NCBI RefSeq assembly: GCF_040938485.1
Contig: NW_027271012.1
Location: 2,418,001-2,482,000 of the forward strand
Direction of reading: 5' to 3'
Origin: Diadema antillarum
Lineage: Eukaryota
DNA: 64,000 nucleotides
The position numbers were made by a program, and so were the translations under genes. Position 1 is the stretch's first letter, and each line of letters begins with the position of its first letter. The notes beneath the pieces are model-generated. The model was not told the DNA's origin and searched no databases. It worked only from the letters and a program-made list of their open reading frames with translations. Below, one piece after another: positions 37,612-50,803 of the stretch.

Positions 37612-39704
37612 ATATACATTTATGTGTGTGTGTGTATGAGATCAATACAATCAAATGTTTGGAATGAATTGATGTCTGTATTGTCTACACTGTACTCCTA
37701 CTAATTGCACATTGTACTATCAAAAAGTGATAGGTGTGATGATTCAAATATTTCTTTCTGCATTGTCTGCAATATATTACACATTGTTTCCAAATGCCCA
37801 TAAATTTGTTTTGCTTCAGTTTTTAGGTACATCTCCTCTCTTTCCTAGAGTTTCCTCCACTTTTCACCCCCCCCCCACCTTTTTCTCTCCCTGGTTGTGT
37901 GTTTCTCTCTCCTACTTGTCCTATCATTCTCCAATATCATATCACATTCTATCATATTGTGCATCACACTGTATTCAACAATGGCATTCAGGTACTAGTA
38001 TATGTATACAGTATCACACAGTCAGCATTCACACACTGCAGCATCACGATACAATACGTATATGACAATAAAACTTAATGATTCTATATATATCATCTCA
38101 AAGTACATAGTTTATTATGGAAATAATTTGTACAAGTCTTGTAATACAAAATAAATATGAATTTGTATGTACAGTAGTATATAAACAGTAGTGCACTGCT
38201 GAGTGGAGTTGGCATCTCAATAATGATCACATAAAAATATGAACTGCTGCTCAATCATTTCAATGCCTTTTTCAGAAATCTGCATCTTCATAACCAAATG
38301 AACAAATCATCTTTAAATATTGTTTTTCAAATATTTTATATGTATAATCATAAAGAACAAAACAGTAAATGAGGTCAATATCAGCATTGAATGAAATACA
38401 GTCCTGTATATATACGACGGAACTGTAATATATAAACACATGTCATGTCTTAAAACATTTCTTTTTTTTTTCTTTTTTTTTTTGGGGGGGGGTAGTTGTT
38501 TTAAGTGCTGGGTTGAGTATGTAGTACTCTACAAATAAAGTTGAAAATAACGTGAGTGAGTTAAGGGTCCATATTAACCAATCTTTTGATCAATATACAT
38601 GGTATAAGGTTTACGTTTCTGAGAGCAGTACAATCATATGCACATCACATAGAGAACAGATGGCAAATTTGGTAATGATATAATGTGGTCACTCCTTTCA
38701 CTCCTACAAAATTTGTATTGATTTATTGTATGCAGTCTGTATATATGTTAAGTTCGTTCTATAAGTTTTAACTTACAATGTTTATTTCATGTATTTTGTA
38801 TCTTGTATTGCGTTTCATCGTATCTCAATTTGTATATATTCCATAATTGAATCTATCTTTCCCAATTTTTCTTCAGCGCTTAGAAACATTGTAATAAGCA
38901 CTTTATAAATGATATTTATTATTATCATTTATTATTACAAAACTTTCTTCATCAAAACAGCAAGGTGGAAAATCATATGAATGCATGAAAAAAAAAATGA
39001 TGGTTTCAAATAAGCAGAGTGACATCAAAATCAAACAAACTGACAATAGTTCGAATGAGCTGTACATACAGTTGTGTGACACACTTCAAATGAAACAATA
39101 TTCTGATACAACTGTAAATTTACTAAAATGGCATAGCAGAACACATAACATCTAGCACAGAGTTAAACACATGAATAACCATCACACAACTTTGTGTAAT
39201 ACAGCTTGTTGTGCTGAAATAGTGCAAGTTTAGATGCATTATAATTCCACAACTCAACCAATTCTCATACTTATTTGAGAAGCATATCAATGAAGCCTAG
39301 ACAGAGTTTTCAAGGGCAATTCAAAATCAGGGTAAACAATAGTGGATTTTTTCTTTTCAGTCGTTGCTGAGGCACTGCTCTCCCAACAGATTCATTCTTT
39401 CACTAAAGACTGGTCTTTTTCTCCTTTTCGAGTGAAAATGGCAGATTTTTTTCCATAACATTTCTGCTATCATGCCCGAGAAGTTTCATCATCTTGTTGC
39501 TAAGGCTCACTCATCTTGTCTTGAGTTATAATGCCCTTAAAGTAGCATCTCCTGTTTTGCTGAAAAAAATAAAAGCTAACTATGATAGTGTCAGGATTGC
39601 ATTTTAGATCTTTTAGCAATTTGTGGCAGGTAGACATTTGGAAAAGGTACAATGTACCTCACAGAAAAATAGAAAAAGAATGAAGGTATATGAGAGACAG
39701 AAAA

Positions 39705-41448
39705 TTAGTCTACTTCTTCCACAGTTGGTCCAGCCCTTCCATACGACCCTGTCTCTGGTCCAGCCTGCTGGTAGCCACCTGATGGTCCATTCCCAGCATG
39801 CATCTTGGACATGACGGGAGAACATTTCTTTTGCAGCTCCTCAAGTTGGTGCAAGAACTCTTCCTTGGTTGCCAGGGAGTTGGAGTCCAGCCACTGCATG
39901 GCCTCGTCTGTAGCACTGATGACCATCTGCTTGTCATCTGCACTCAGCTTGCTTTCTGCAGATGCGTCGTTGACAACAGATTTGACATTGAAGGCGTAGC
40001 TCTCCAGTTGGTTTCTGGCAGCGATTCTCTCGCGCTGGATGTCATCCTCTGCTTTGAATCTCTCTGCCTCACCGACCATGCGATCGATATCCTCCTTTGA
40101 GAGGCGACTGCTGTCATTGGTGATGGTGATCTTGTTGCTTCGACCACTGTTCTGATCTTTGGCTGTCACGTTCATGATGCCGTTGGCGTCGATATCGAAG
40201 GAGACTTCAATCTTTGGCACACCCCTTGGGGCAGGAGGGATGCCACTCAACTCAAAGTGTCCAAGTCGGTTATTGTCCTTTGTCATGGCCCTCTCACCCT
40301 CATACACCTGAATGGACACAGCTGGTTGGTTGTCTGAATATGTTGTGAAGGTCTCAGAAGCTTTGGTTGGAATTCTAGTGTTCCTCTTGATGAGGGGGGT
40401 CATCACACCACCTGCAGTCTCGATACCAAGAGAGAGTGGAGCAACATCCACGAGCAGGACCTCCTTGATTTCTTCGCTCTGATCACCATTCAAGATGGCC
40501 GCCTGGACGGCTGCACCATAGGCCACAGCTTCATCTGGGTTGATGGACTTGTTCAGCTCTTTGCCATTCAGGTACTCCTGCAGAAGCTTCTGGATCTTGG
40601 GAATGCGGGTTGATCCCCCGACCAGCACCACTGTGTCAATTCCTTTCTTGTCAATCTTGGCATCCACAATTGCCCGCTCAACAGGGTTGAGACACTTCCT
40701 GAAGAGGTCAGAGCACAGTTCTTCAAAGCGAGCTCTGGTGATGCTGGTGTAAAAGTCCACCCCTTCAAACAGGGAATCTACCTCAATGCTGGCTTGTGAG
40801 CTGCTGGACAAGGTCCTCTTTGCTCGCTCAGCTGCTGTGCGAAGGCGACGGAGAGCTCGAGCGTTCTGCCGCAGGTCTTTCTTATGTTTGCGCTTGAACT
40901 CATCTGCAAGATGGTTGACGAGCCTGTTGTCAAAGTCCTCCCCTCCCAGGTGGGTGTCTCCAGCTGTGGACTTGACCTCAAAGATGCCATCATCGATAGC
41001 TAGGATGGAGACATCAAAGGTACCACCACCAAGGTCGAAGATGAGAACATTTTGCTCTCCTTGCAACTTTTTGTCAAGTCCATACGCCAGGGCAGCTGCT
41101 GTTGGTTCATTTACAATCCGCAGAACATTGAGTCCAGCGATCACTCCGGCATCCTTTGTGGCCTGTCGCTGGGCATCGTTGAAATACGCCGGGACAGTGA
41201 TGACAGCATTGGTGACTTTCTGACCGAGGTAGGCTTCAGCTGTCTCCTTCATTTTGATGAGCACCATCGAGCTGACCTCCTCCGGAGCCAAGATCTTGTT
41301 CTCTCCCATGTACTCTGCCTGGAGAAGAGGCTTGCCCCCTTGGTTGACGACAGTAAATGGCCAGTGCTTCATGTCGGCTTGCACACTCTGGTCAGTGAAG
41401 CCCCTTCCTATCAGCCGCTTGGCATCAAAGATTGTATTCCTGGGATTC
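39705..41448 (-). CDS. HSP70: HSP70 coding exon 2
   Basis: Lies in ORF 39705..41456; acceptor AG at 41450-41449. Confidence 0.97.
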
Positions 41449-43814
41449 CTGCACAATCAAACGAAAATCAAAATAAGACTTAGCAATTGGTGTAAAGAAT
41501 ATTGTGCTCAGATGAGTCATTCCTCTAATAAAAATGTTATTTTATCAGATAGTTTCTTTCATCTTTTTTTAACAGTTCTCTTTTAGTTTAGGTTACCGGT
41601 ATATCTCTTATTTGTTTGGTGCAATGTTTGGTGAAAAGAAAAATAAAAAATTCATTACACATGAAACCCAGATACTTTTTTTTTTTAAGCTGGAGTTTTC
41701 AACTTGCAACCACAGCAGGCAGGTTTGGGCCTGAAAAATAGTTAATTTAAATTCAATGTACATGTTATACACCTAGGCCCGAATTCACGAAGGTGGTCTA
41801 AATTTAAACCATGGTTTATGTATATTTCTTCTGCGTATGTATGATTGACAGATTGCGTACGCTAACAGCCATCCAGTAAAAAAACGTGCATTGATGCGCG
41901 CAAGTATTGGTACGCCTATTTAACGCTTAAAGTATTTTAGACCATGGTCTAAATTTGTACCATGGTTTAAATTTAAACCACCTTCGTGAATTCGGGCCCT
42001 AGAGTCTATCCTGATCCCATACAATGTAGATAAGATGACAAATGTTGAACATGGCAAAGAGAGAGTAATTTCATAGTTGCATTCCACAGTTTATAATACA
42101 TGTACTGCAAGCAAAAAAAAAAAAAAAAATTAGAAGGGCTCAAACTCTAGACCTATATATTCCACCTATAAAACCACCATTTGACATTGGAGTTTGCTTC
42201 CACCCAATACATTGATTTAGGGATCATAAGGTCTACAATGACTTGCCAGGACAATAACTACATGTAGAGCTCTATTAAACCGTTTAATAGACTACACATT
42301 ATAGTTTTCAAATACATGTATTATGAGACCAAGAGTAAAATCATTCAGGCACCAAAGTCTTTTGAGACAGCCAACCAAATCACTTTACCACACTCCACTA
42401 CCTCTAACCAAGGAGGTTCGAGAAATGGAGTCACAACAGTCTTATTCGCTTTGATCCCATGCTCGAAGCCGCCACTCAAAAATATTTGAAGTATGTGTCA
42501 AACTGGATCTGCCGCTCATATGCGAAGACAATTGACTCGTGTCTCATTGCATAATCACCAGCCACTTTCCAAGGAAGATATGTCTTTGTGATGGTAATTA
42601 CTAATTTTCACTATCCCTACTTACAAACGATGGGCGGTAGACAATGGTAAAGGCATGGGAGTGCGCGAATAGAAATTGCTCAAATATTGCTGAAATAGAT
42701 TCGACTGTACATGTCTGTACGCTAATCTGACATATGTTATTGATTTATACAGAACTATACTTGAAGATGATACCATAGTTTCCTTTGGCGGAAATAAGGA
42801 GAAAAGTGATATAAACCAGCTTTCCATGAGGGTAAAATTTCAAACACTTTCACAAAATACAGCTCAGATTTACACTTTTGCACATATTTTCGAACGGAAT
42901 TGACTTTTGTTTATATATGCTTAAGTATCATTGGGTGAAATTTCATTGCATTTGATGTATAAACGAGCAGCATATACCCGATATCATGTTACTGTTAGCG
43001 TTAAAAATGAATCTTCTGATTGCTCAGAAAGATGGCGGCTTCAAGTGTCGAACATCAAAGGCACAAAGGCACACTGAGGAATTCTTTTGTCCATCCACAG
43101 AAAACTGACAGCTGATTGAATATATAGTCAGTTGTAACTCCACCTCTCAAACCTCCTTGCTCTAACGTTAGCTCTATAGATTCTAGTGTACGTGGTATTC
43201 ACACCACAGCATTATTTCACACATTTAATATGCTGTTGCATAAACCACTAAAATGCACTAGCATTAATCACTGATAGGTTCTATGCATCCATTTTAGAGA
43301 AAAAAAAAAATTGCAGTTCTGTTCTGCAGGCATGTTTTAATTTTGCCCTCCAAATCAAGGCTGCAACTATCAAATAAACAAATTTAAATTTGGCATTTAG
43401 AATGAAATTTAATATTCTTCTAACTTTATATTTTTCTTGTGTCTTGGTTGGCGGCAGCCTTGGTTAATTGTTCAAACAAGAATATCCCAGTAAGTAAGTT
43501 TTTAATTTTTAATTTACTGGGATAATTTAATTTAATTTGATAATTGATTTAATTCAAACAATCTGTTCGTAAGTTCCATATTCAACTCAAAGTAAAATTT
43601 TAACTTCAACTCTGTTTCATACTCACATGGCCACTTGATTCTTGGCAGCATCTCCGATTAGACGTTCCGTGTCGGTGAAGGCGACGTAACTCGGCGTCGT
43701 TCGATTTCCCTGGTCATTTGCAATGATCTCAACTTTTCCGTTCTGGAAGACCCCGACGCACGAGTACGTCGTTCCCAAGTCGATCCCAATAGCTGGTGCT
43801 TTACCTGCCGTCAT
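39705..43814 (-). CDS. HSP70: Cytosolic HSP70, inducible-type, 643 aa; complement join(39705..41448,43627..43814)
   Basis: Signatures [22 protein letters not shown] and [15 protein letters not shown], and C-terminal GPTVEEVD. A phase-2 GTGAGT..TGCAG intron splits the Met codon in KNQVAM-NP. No GGMP repeats; TATA box and HSEs upstream. Confidence 0.97.
41776..41998. mobile_element. PIF/Harbinger-like MITE in the HSP70 intron
   Basis: ~40-bp TIR ggcccgaattcacgaaggtggt(c/t)taaatttaaaccatggt, 3-bp TSD CTA on both sides. Confidence 0.85.
43627..43814 (-). CDS. HSP70: HSP70 coding exon 1
   Basis: [62 protein letters not shown], followed by a GTGAGT donor. Confidence 0.97.
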
Positions 43815-44104
43815 TGTTTCCGTTGTAAATTTGTCTATATAACACGACTTAAGTTATAGAAATGGTCTAGAAATCTCTACTCTCTAGACTCTATGTTAGA
43901 GTCCTGCAGTGTGCAGTGATTGCGGTAGTTTATGTCGGTCACTTGTTTCGACTAGCGTATGTAAAATAAAATAATTTCGGTTGACCTCACACAGGAAAAA
44001 TCTCTCCTTTCGACCGATCCTCCGGGACAGAATTGCCGGTGGTTTGAGTATGGTAGACCTAATATAAGATCTAGGTCGTGTCGCTCTCGAAGCTCTGCAA
44101 CTAT

Positions 44105-44144
44105 CAACTGATGCTAAACTGATAGTCATCCTTGCGCTTTTATA
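44105..44144 (-). promoter_or_regulatory. HSP70 core promoter: TATAAAA (44144-44138) with TCAGTT initiator-like motifs near 44120 and 44109
   Basis: The plus strand reads ttttata at 44138-44144 and aactga twice further toward the gene, about 300 nt upstream of the ATG. Confidence 0.75.
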
Positions 44145-44173
44145 GCTAGCCTCAAACGCGTCTCGGACCAGAC

Positions 44174-44650
44174 AGAATCTTCCAGACGATAGCTATCTAA
44201 CAACTGGGGAATTCTAACCAGCAATACCGACGTCTACTAGAATGTTCGAATACAGTGTATTTTGTAATGACAATAATACCGGCAACTCTGCAGGTTAGTC
44301 GCGTTGCATTGTTTACTATGGATGCCCGGTCCGTACGCCTACGCGGTTTATACTGTACGGTGACTGAGTCATCCTTGATCCTTTCTCGAATGATCGTCCT
44401 GACCATGCGTAGTGCGTGCACGTGTACAGACTGTACTCATTTTTTCATTGTTATCATTCCGGTAGGAACCGCTGTTTGTGATGCGTTATCTTCATACGGA
44501 TTGGGATAGACTGGTGCGCGTTAATTCAATGGATTTGGGTAATTGACGTGTGGCAGTCTAGAAAATTCAGGTGCTAAATTTAGTTTGTGCATGGATGGCG
44601 CTCACGGTCGAATTGAATGCCAAACTATGTCGCATGGAATGTTCCAGATA
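44174..44650. promoter_or_regulatory. Cluster of heat-shock elements (alternating nGAAn pentamers) plus an AP-1 site
   Basis: aGAAtcTTCcaGAc (44174), tacTAGAAtgTTC (about 44235), TTCtcGAAtgATC (44383), gTCtaGAAaaTTC (44556), GAAtgTTCcaGAt (44637); TGAGTCA at 44365-44371. Confidence 0.75.
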
Positions 44651-45354
44651 CAGTGACTTGGTTTTTCGATGCAAGACCATACTATAGATGTATAATGTAT
44701 GCATTTCTTCTTTTTTTTCTTCAGTAAAAGCATAGCGAAATTCAGCTTATTAGAACACAATAACTGCATGCATGCATTATTGTGCATCGGTCTGAAGTCA
44801 AATACGATTAACACGTTAAAAGACCGTATAGGAAACTGAAAGAGTGTAACAGTTGTGTATTGCAGTCGTTGATAAAGATAAATTCTCCCAAATAGGCCCT
44901 ATAGGATGTATAAAAAAAAAACCCGAAAAAATAGTTGTGATGTCCATCTGTCCCAGTCGACAGCCTCCAAGCAGCCTAAATTAACTGGACACGCCTAGAA
45001 TATGGAACTTAGCTCGTGGGTCACACACTATGGGGCCTACGACAATAATGGTTTATGTGAAAATGTCCAAATATCAGATAGTACTGATAAAATGTTTGGA
45101 AAATGTGAAAATTTTAAAACTTTCATACTTGTAGTTCAACGTTTTCAAAGGCACATGTAGGCCCTATACAGCATTCCTAAGTAATTGTCGACATTTTCAG
45201 AAGCTATAAGGCTTTTGTCAGTGGGTGTTAGTAATATCCACTTGATAGCCTACATGTCATGTATAACATAATAGGCCTAATCATGAAGGCCCCACCTTCA
45301 TTTGGGAAAATTGACTGCTTATACAGAGAAAATAATTGGCGTAGTCTAGGCTGT

Positions 45355-45705
45355 CACCGAGGTGGGAATCTAGGTTTTATGGGAGCTATCGGTCGCTAAC
45401 TAGAAACCACGTCCTAGATGAGGAATTCAAAGTTTATTTGATGAAAATCGGTTTTAAAATGGTCGAGATATCCCAAAATAAAAGTGCAGGTAACAAAAGG
45501 TGGGACCCACCTGTTAATAGGAACACTTTGTTTTGTTCTGTTTTTGGATTTCTCTGTCATTTTAAAACCGATTTCCATGAATTGATTAACTTTGAATTCC
45601 CTTTAAGAGTTGGACGTTCGTTATATTTCATTTATGTGGTTTCAATTATCTTGCCAAAAGTTAAAACCTGACTCCAAATCTCAATCAAAACTATACAGTC
45701 CGTCC
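45355..45705. mobile_element. Degenerate copy of the Kolobok-like family at 48145-48525
   Basis: Shares the caaagtttatttgatgaaaatc and caaaactatac blocks and the internal inverted repeat. Confidence 0.6.
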
Positions 45706-46001
45706 ACACTCCGTATGTGAATGAGGCCTAATCAAGTTCCGCACACAGAATCTCCTTCCTGCGCAGGACGTCTGGTGAATTGCGAAGTTTCACGGTATTT
45801 TGCGCACCTGTTGCAGACTTGCATCCAGAAAGCTTCAAGCATGCAAATCGCCCAAGGACACCAATCGCGAATGTCGCGATCATCTACTACATGTACTATA
45901 TTTCACAGCGGCTGCAAAGGACGATTTCGAACTGTGGGGGCTTTGACATAGTAGCTCATAGTGTCATAATACTTTCCTGGATCCCATGTGGTATACAAGA
46001 T

Positions 46002-46303
46002 CAGAGACTCCAACTCTCCCGTTTTCGACGGGAGATCTCCCGCCGAAAGTCCATTTTTGCAAAATCTCCCGTTCTCCCGTTTGAGATTTGATTTCTCCCG
46101 CCCTGGCTCTGTGTCTCCCGGTGGAAAGGATTTCTTACTTATTGCTATCGTATATGTCGACAAAATAAGCCTTATTAGCAGCAGAGAACATCTAGAACCC
46201 TAGGAACTTCGCTTCGCACACATCAACTTGCAGTCTCCCGTTTGCTAGGGGTGTCGGGCGGGAGAATCTCCAGATCAGAAGGTGCTTGGGGTTGGAGTCT
46301 CTG
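46002..46303. mobile_element. hAT-like MITE with a 6-bp TSD
   Basis: caagat|cagagactccaac ... gttggagtctctg|caagat; many internal ctcccg/cgggag motifs. Confidence 0.8.
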
Positions 46304-46735
46304 CAAGATTAAATTATCAAACTTGCCCATATTTTGAAAGAAGAAACATGTACGTAGCACCCTGTAAGTGGGACCTAAAGGAAGAGATGCGTGTCATTTA
46401 ACCTTCATTTACCGCACTTCTTTCCGACCCTTGTATTTAGTTTTGAACACATATCACCTTGGTACTAAACTCCCTGTACTTTAAACTCCGCTCACTTTTT
46501 ACCCATGCAGATTCCTTTTCGAATTTTACCTTGTAATAACAATTGGATGAAAAAGCTACTTTTCTCCTTTCATTTGGTATGAAAATAGGGTCAATACGTA
46601 TTAGCCAGACTAGGAGGATTTCAAAAGAGCGATTTTTAGCTTATTACGTATGCATGACAGTTTCGAGCTTGCATACGTCTGGCGTTCTCTGTGGGAGATC
46701 CACACGCTGTGTGGACTGAAACAATATTCGCAAGA

Positions 46736-47660
46736 TATAGATTTTCCCGTCCATTTTCGCACTTTTGTCATTCAATTTCAAAGATTTATTATTCGATTTC
46801 GTCCCGAGAAGCACATGGAACGCAAATCCTAACTTCAATTTCGTCAACTGTCATTTTCAAGACATCTTGTTATATAGCATTCAAAATCTTCAATTGTCAT
46901 TCAAATTCATCCATCCCGCTGACGGATCGCAGAATGTGAAGATCAAACTCGTTTTTGTTCACACAATTTCATGAATTTTTTATTCAAATTAGCCAGATGT
47001 TGTCGATTCTTTATTTTGAGGGTGAACCAACTTTAAGCCGACATATTTTTACTTTCTCTCTTTACTTTAAATTTTGTACACTGGAAAGCAGCAAGCATGA
47101 TTATGTTATCCATTCTTGGACATTAAACAGGCTAATATACAATTCGACACTTAAAATTTTGTCTTTAATCATGTTTGCCTAGAAATCGTTTGTTAGTAAC
47201 GGTACGTCTGTTTGTATCAATGTGTACTCGGATTGCTTGTGTGTGTGTCTGTATCTGTGGTTCTGTGTGTGTGTGGGGGGGGGTGGGGGGGGGGACACTT
47301 GTGTGTATTTTAACTCCTGAATGTAAACTGTGAACGGTTACAGAAAAACATGAATGACTGGGAAATCGCACCGGATAGAGATATGAGACAAATACGAATG
47401 AAAATTTAACGAAAATGATTGACAAAAGACGAACTCGATCCTGCTTTTTTGAGTGCTGCGAGTAAGACTGACGTATTTGAACTGTGAATGACGAAAATGT
47501 ATGCCAAATGACTAAATTGAATGGACTTTATTTGAAAATGGACGACGAAAGACGAACTTGAAAGTAAGATTGGCCTATTCCCGACATCCCGCGACGAAAT
47601 TGAAGTAACTATTTGTGAAATTGAATGAAAAAAGTTTGAAAATGAATGGGAAAACCTATA
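46736..47660. mobile_element. Old foldback-type element with diverged long inverted arms
   Basis: The left arm (tatagattttcccgtccattttcgcacttttgtcattcaatttc...) aligns imperfectly with the reverse complement of the right end (...gaaattgaatgaaaaaagtttgaaaatgaatgggaaaacctata). Confidence 0.55.
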
Positions 47661-48144
47661 TTATACAGGATGATACGCGACATTTTATTTTGCTCCTGCG
47701 ACAATGATATTGCAAGGCCTATTCTATGGTCGTGTTATAATTTCTCCAGTTGTGATGGGGTTAGGGCCTATTCAGTCTGATGTGAGGTTATGATAAGGGT
47801 TAGGGTTGTGTTTGGTGGTAGAATTTATGTTTGGCTTCGAGTGCAGATATTTCATGGCAGCAATTGTCACAGGAGCAAAAATATCATGGAACCAACGCAC
47901 CGCAGATGACAGTCCGTTTTCTCTTAACGTAATCTATTAAAGGTATTAGGTCATTTTATCATATTTTGCAGATGAAACAAAAAAAAAACAATAACCCAGC
48001 TTTAGTGCTTCAAAACAGTTCTAAAATGTGAGTTAGGGGTGGAAACAATCAATGTATATGAATGTTCATCAGTATATATACTTCAATGCTGAAGTATATG
48101 TTTTCCCGGTCAATTCCATACTTTTGTCATTCAAATAACATTAA

Positions 48145-48525
48145 AGGGATGGTACAGTATTGGTGGAGATGAGAATTGGGCTTTTAACTCTTTGCGAGAT
48201 ACCAAGAAAACACTTATGATATAGTACAGAGCATACCATTTTAAGAGGAATACAAAGTTTATTTGATGAAAATCAGGTTTGGAATGACTGAAACATCCAA
48301 AAACAAAGTAAAACAAAGCTACCGTAATAAAGTATGGGTCCCACACTTTATTAGAATTGCTCTTTTTTGGATATCTCAGCCATTTCAAAACCAATTTTCA
48401 TCAAATAAACGTTGAATTCCTCATAGAATTACATGTTCTTTCATATTTCATAAGAGGTTTCTCATTATCTCACCAAAAATGTTAGAAACCTGAAATTGGG
48501 TCACAACCAAAACTATACGATCCCT
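48145..48525. mobile_element. Kolobok-like MITE
   Basis: TTAA|agggatggtacagtattgg ... ccaaaactatacgatccct|TTAA, with internal inverted repeats. Confidence 0.85.
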
Positions 48526-49562
48526 TTAATCTAATGTGCATTCACATTCACACAGCGCACGCACGCGAAAATATTCGGGCATTCAAATTCAGAATCCGAG
48601 CGATCAATTTCATACTATACATGGGAGTTCTATTTCGTTTTCGTCAAATCAAATTCATTACAGTAATCAAGGGCGTTCAATTTCCAAATGCGAGCATTGC
48701 ATTTCCTACACGTGCATTCACATTCATGCAATAGTCATGATTGTGATAGTCCCGACGAGGTTGTTTGGAGCGTTCAATTTCATTTTCAGGCGATCAAGTT
48801 CCTACTTCGTGCAATCGATTTAACGAGGAAAATGGAGTATACTATGCAAGACTTTTTCTATGAAAGGAAAAAGGGCATACACAACCACACAGCTTGTGTG
48901 CCAAACATGAACGCATATAGATAAGTAATTTTGTGCGTGATTATTGTTATTATATTCTGTCGCCAGTGCGCTATAGATGCTGCAATTTTCAAATGATTTG
49001 AGCTATATTTGAGAAAGTTCCCCACTAGATTTTAAATATTTCGATTGTTTGTCTTTTCTTATTGAAAAAGCTAATCATCACCTTTCCTTTCTGATTGAGT
49101 TAAATTTTGTTAAAACATTCCATCAAAACTGTGCTCTGCAGATCACTGAATTTCACGCTCTCTTGCTAATTGACCCTCCCCCCGTCATTACAACACTAAA
49201 ACTTAAAAAAAAATCACATCTTAATTATATCGATTGTCTGATTTTCCTCAAACTTTCACTGAAGTGTTCTAATGTTGTTGCTCTGCTTCACTCAATTCAC
49301 ATTGCTCTTTGGGTTTTGGTTTCCTTGAAATATTTTGTCCAGAATTACTTTCAATTAATTGTAATTAGTTTTCAATAAATCGCTCCTATACACAATCATT
49401 GAATAGGATACGGTTAGTGTCCAGTGCCCACCCCCTTTCCTGAATTCCAAGCACCTGTTTTATAGGGTCAAAATCCGAGCTGAAGCATGATCTCGTGTAT
49501 ATTGAATTTTGACCGCCGGGAGGGTTGAAGGTCCCTATTTGCATTTTTGATACCCCCCACCC

Positions 49563-49695
49563 NNNNNNNNNNNNNNNNNNNNNNNNNNNNNNNNNNNNNN
49601 NNNNNNNNNNNNNNNNNNNNNNNNNNNNNNNNNNNNNNNNNNNNNNNNNNNNNNNNNNNNNNNNNNNNNNNNNNNNNNNNNNNNNNNNNNNNNNN
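49563..49695. other. Assembly gap (133 N)
   Basis: Run of N. Confidence 1.
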
Positions 49696-49715
49696 TTGGC
49701 AAGATAAAAAGATAA

Positions 49716-49894
49716 GTAACAAAGCTGCAACAAAGTTCATGCTGTATTCAACAACGGTTTATTTCTTCACACAAATTTTCGAGCGTATATAATAATAGAC
49801 GTAAAAAATAATAGCGTAAATAATAGACGCTCGAAAATTTGTGTGAAGAAATAAACCGTTGGTGAATACAGCATGAACTTTGTTGCAGCTTTGT

Positions 49895-49897
<3 letters not shown>
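49716..49897. mobile_element. Palindromic MITE next to (TA)n
   Basis: 71-bp arms with one mismatch and a 40-bp spacer containing aataatag three times; (TA)n follows. Confidence 0.8.

Positions 49898-49953
<56 letters not shown>
49898..49953. repeat. (TA)n microsatellite
   Basis: Direct dinucleotide run. Confidence 0.95.
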
Positions 49954-49956
<3 letters not shown>

Positions 49957-50803
49957 GCTACAGTACACAATGGTACAGGCCTGCATTGTCCGCCGCTGTT
50001 ACTGTTCAAAGGCTATTTAGATGATAGGGCCTATACTCATGAGAATACAAGGCGAGAAACCTCGAGAGGGAGATGTCGAGAACGATGGCAGTTTCAGATC
50101 ACCAGGGTGGGCAAAGGGGAGAGAGATATTGGGGCAGCTACTAGTATACAGTGAGCCGTTGAGACATGCGTTGTGTGTAATTACCGCAGGAAATTTACAT
50201 GCGTCACCGCATCGCAGGCTCCTTGTGTCATATGAGTTGAACGCCGATATTGCACGTGCACTGCAGATGTACCATGTACCTCCTTGGGTGTACAGTATTG
50301 TAAGCACGTTGTCTTGCTGTTGACAAGCTTTGAACGCTCTCTGGCAACACAGTTTACCACAATTACCACACCGGCATTGTGTGGACAATCGTGCCTTGGA
50401 TCCACGGTACTAGAACTGATAAACAATGAACGATAAAGCGGCGACGTACTGTAACATGCGGGTATGAGTGAGTGAGTATACGCCTCCCTGAGTATACTAA
50501 ATACGGCGATAATGATAGCGACATGCAAACTACTGTACCGGCATATATCTGCGTTGTGGTTGGACGATCATTATCCCGCAGCTGTCTGTGGCATATATGT
50601 AAATTCTACACATTATGTACTGAAGCGAGCGAGCAGTCGGGGAAGATAAGCGTAACGTGAATACTGAGGATATAATATGTACCGGTATATCGTACAATGA
50701 TGTACATGCCCGATTTCGAATAGATAAAGCACACAATAGAGTAAAGATACGAATTGCTGTGTAAGTGTGATTGTGATGCAAATGCCTTATTGATGGGAAG
50801 ACC

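Noticed and set aside
39798-41586. Plus-strand ORFs overlapping HSP70
   Set aside because: Long antisense frames are a well-known consequence of HSP70 codon usage.
43029-43039. Perfect YY1-like motif AAGATGGCGGC in the HSP70 intron
   Set aside because: Single motif without promoter context; may be chance or a transposon remnant.
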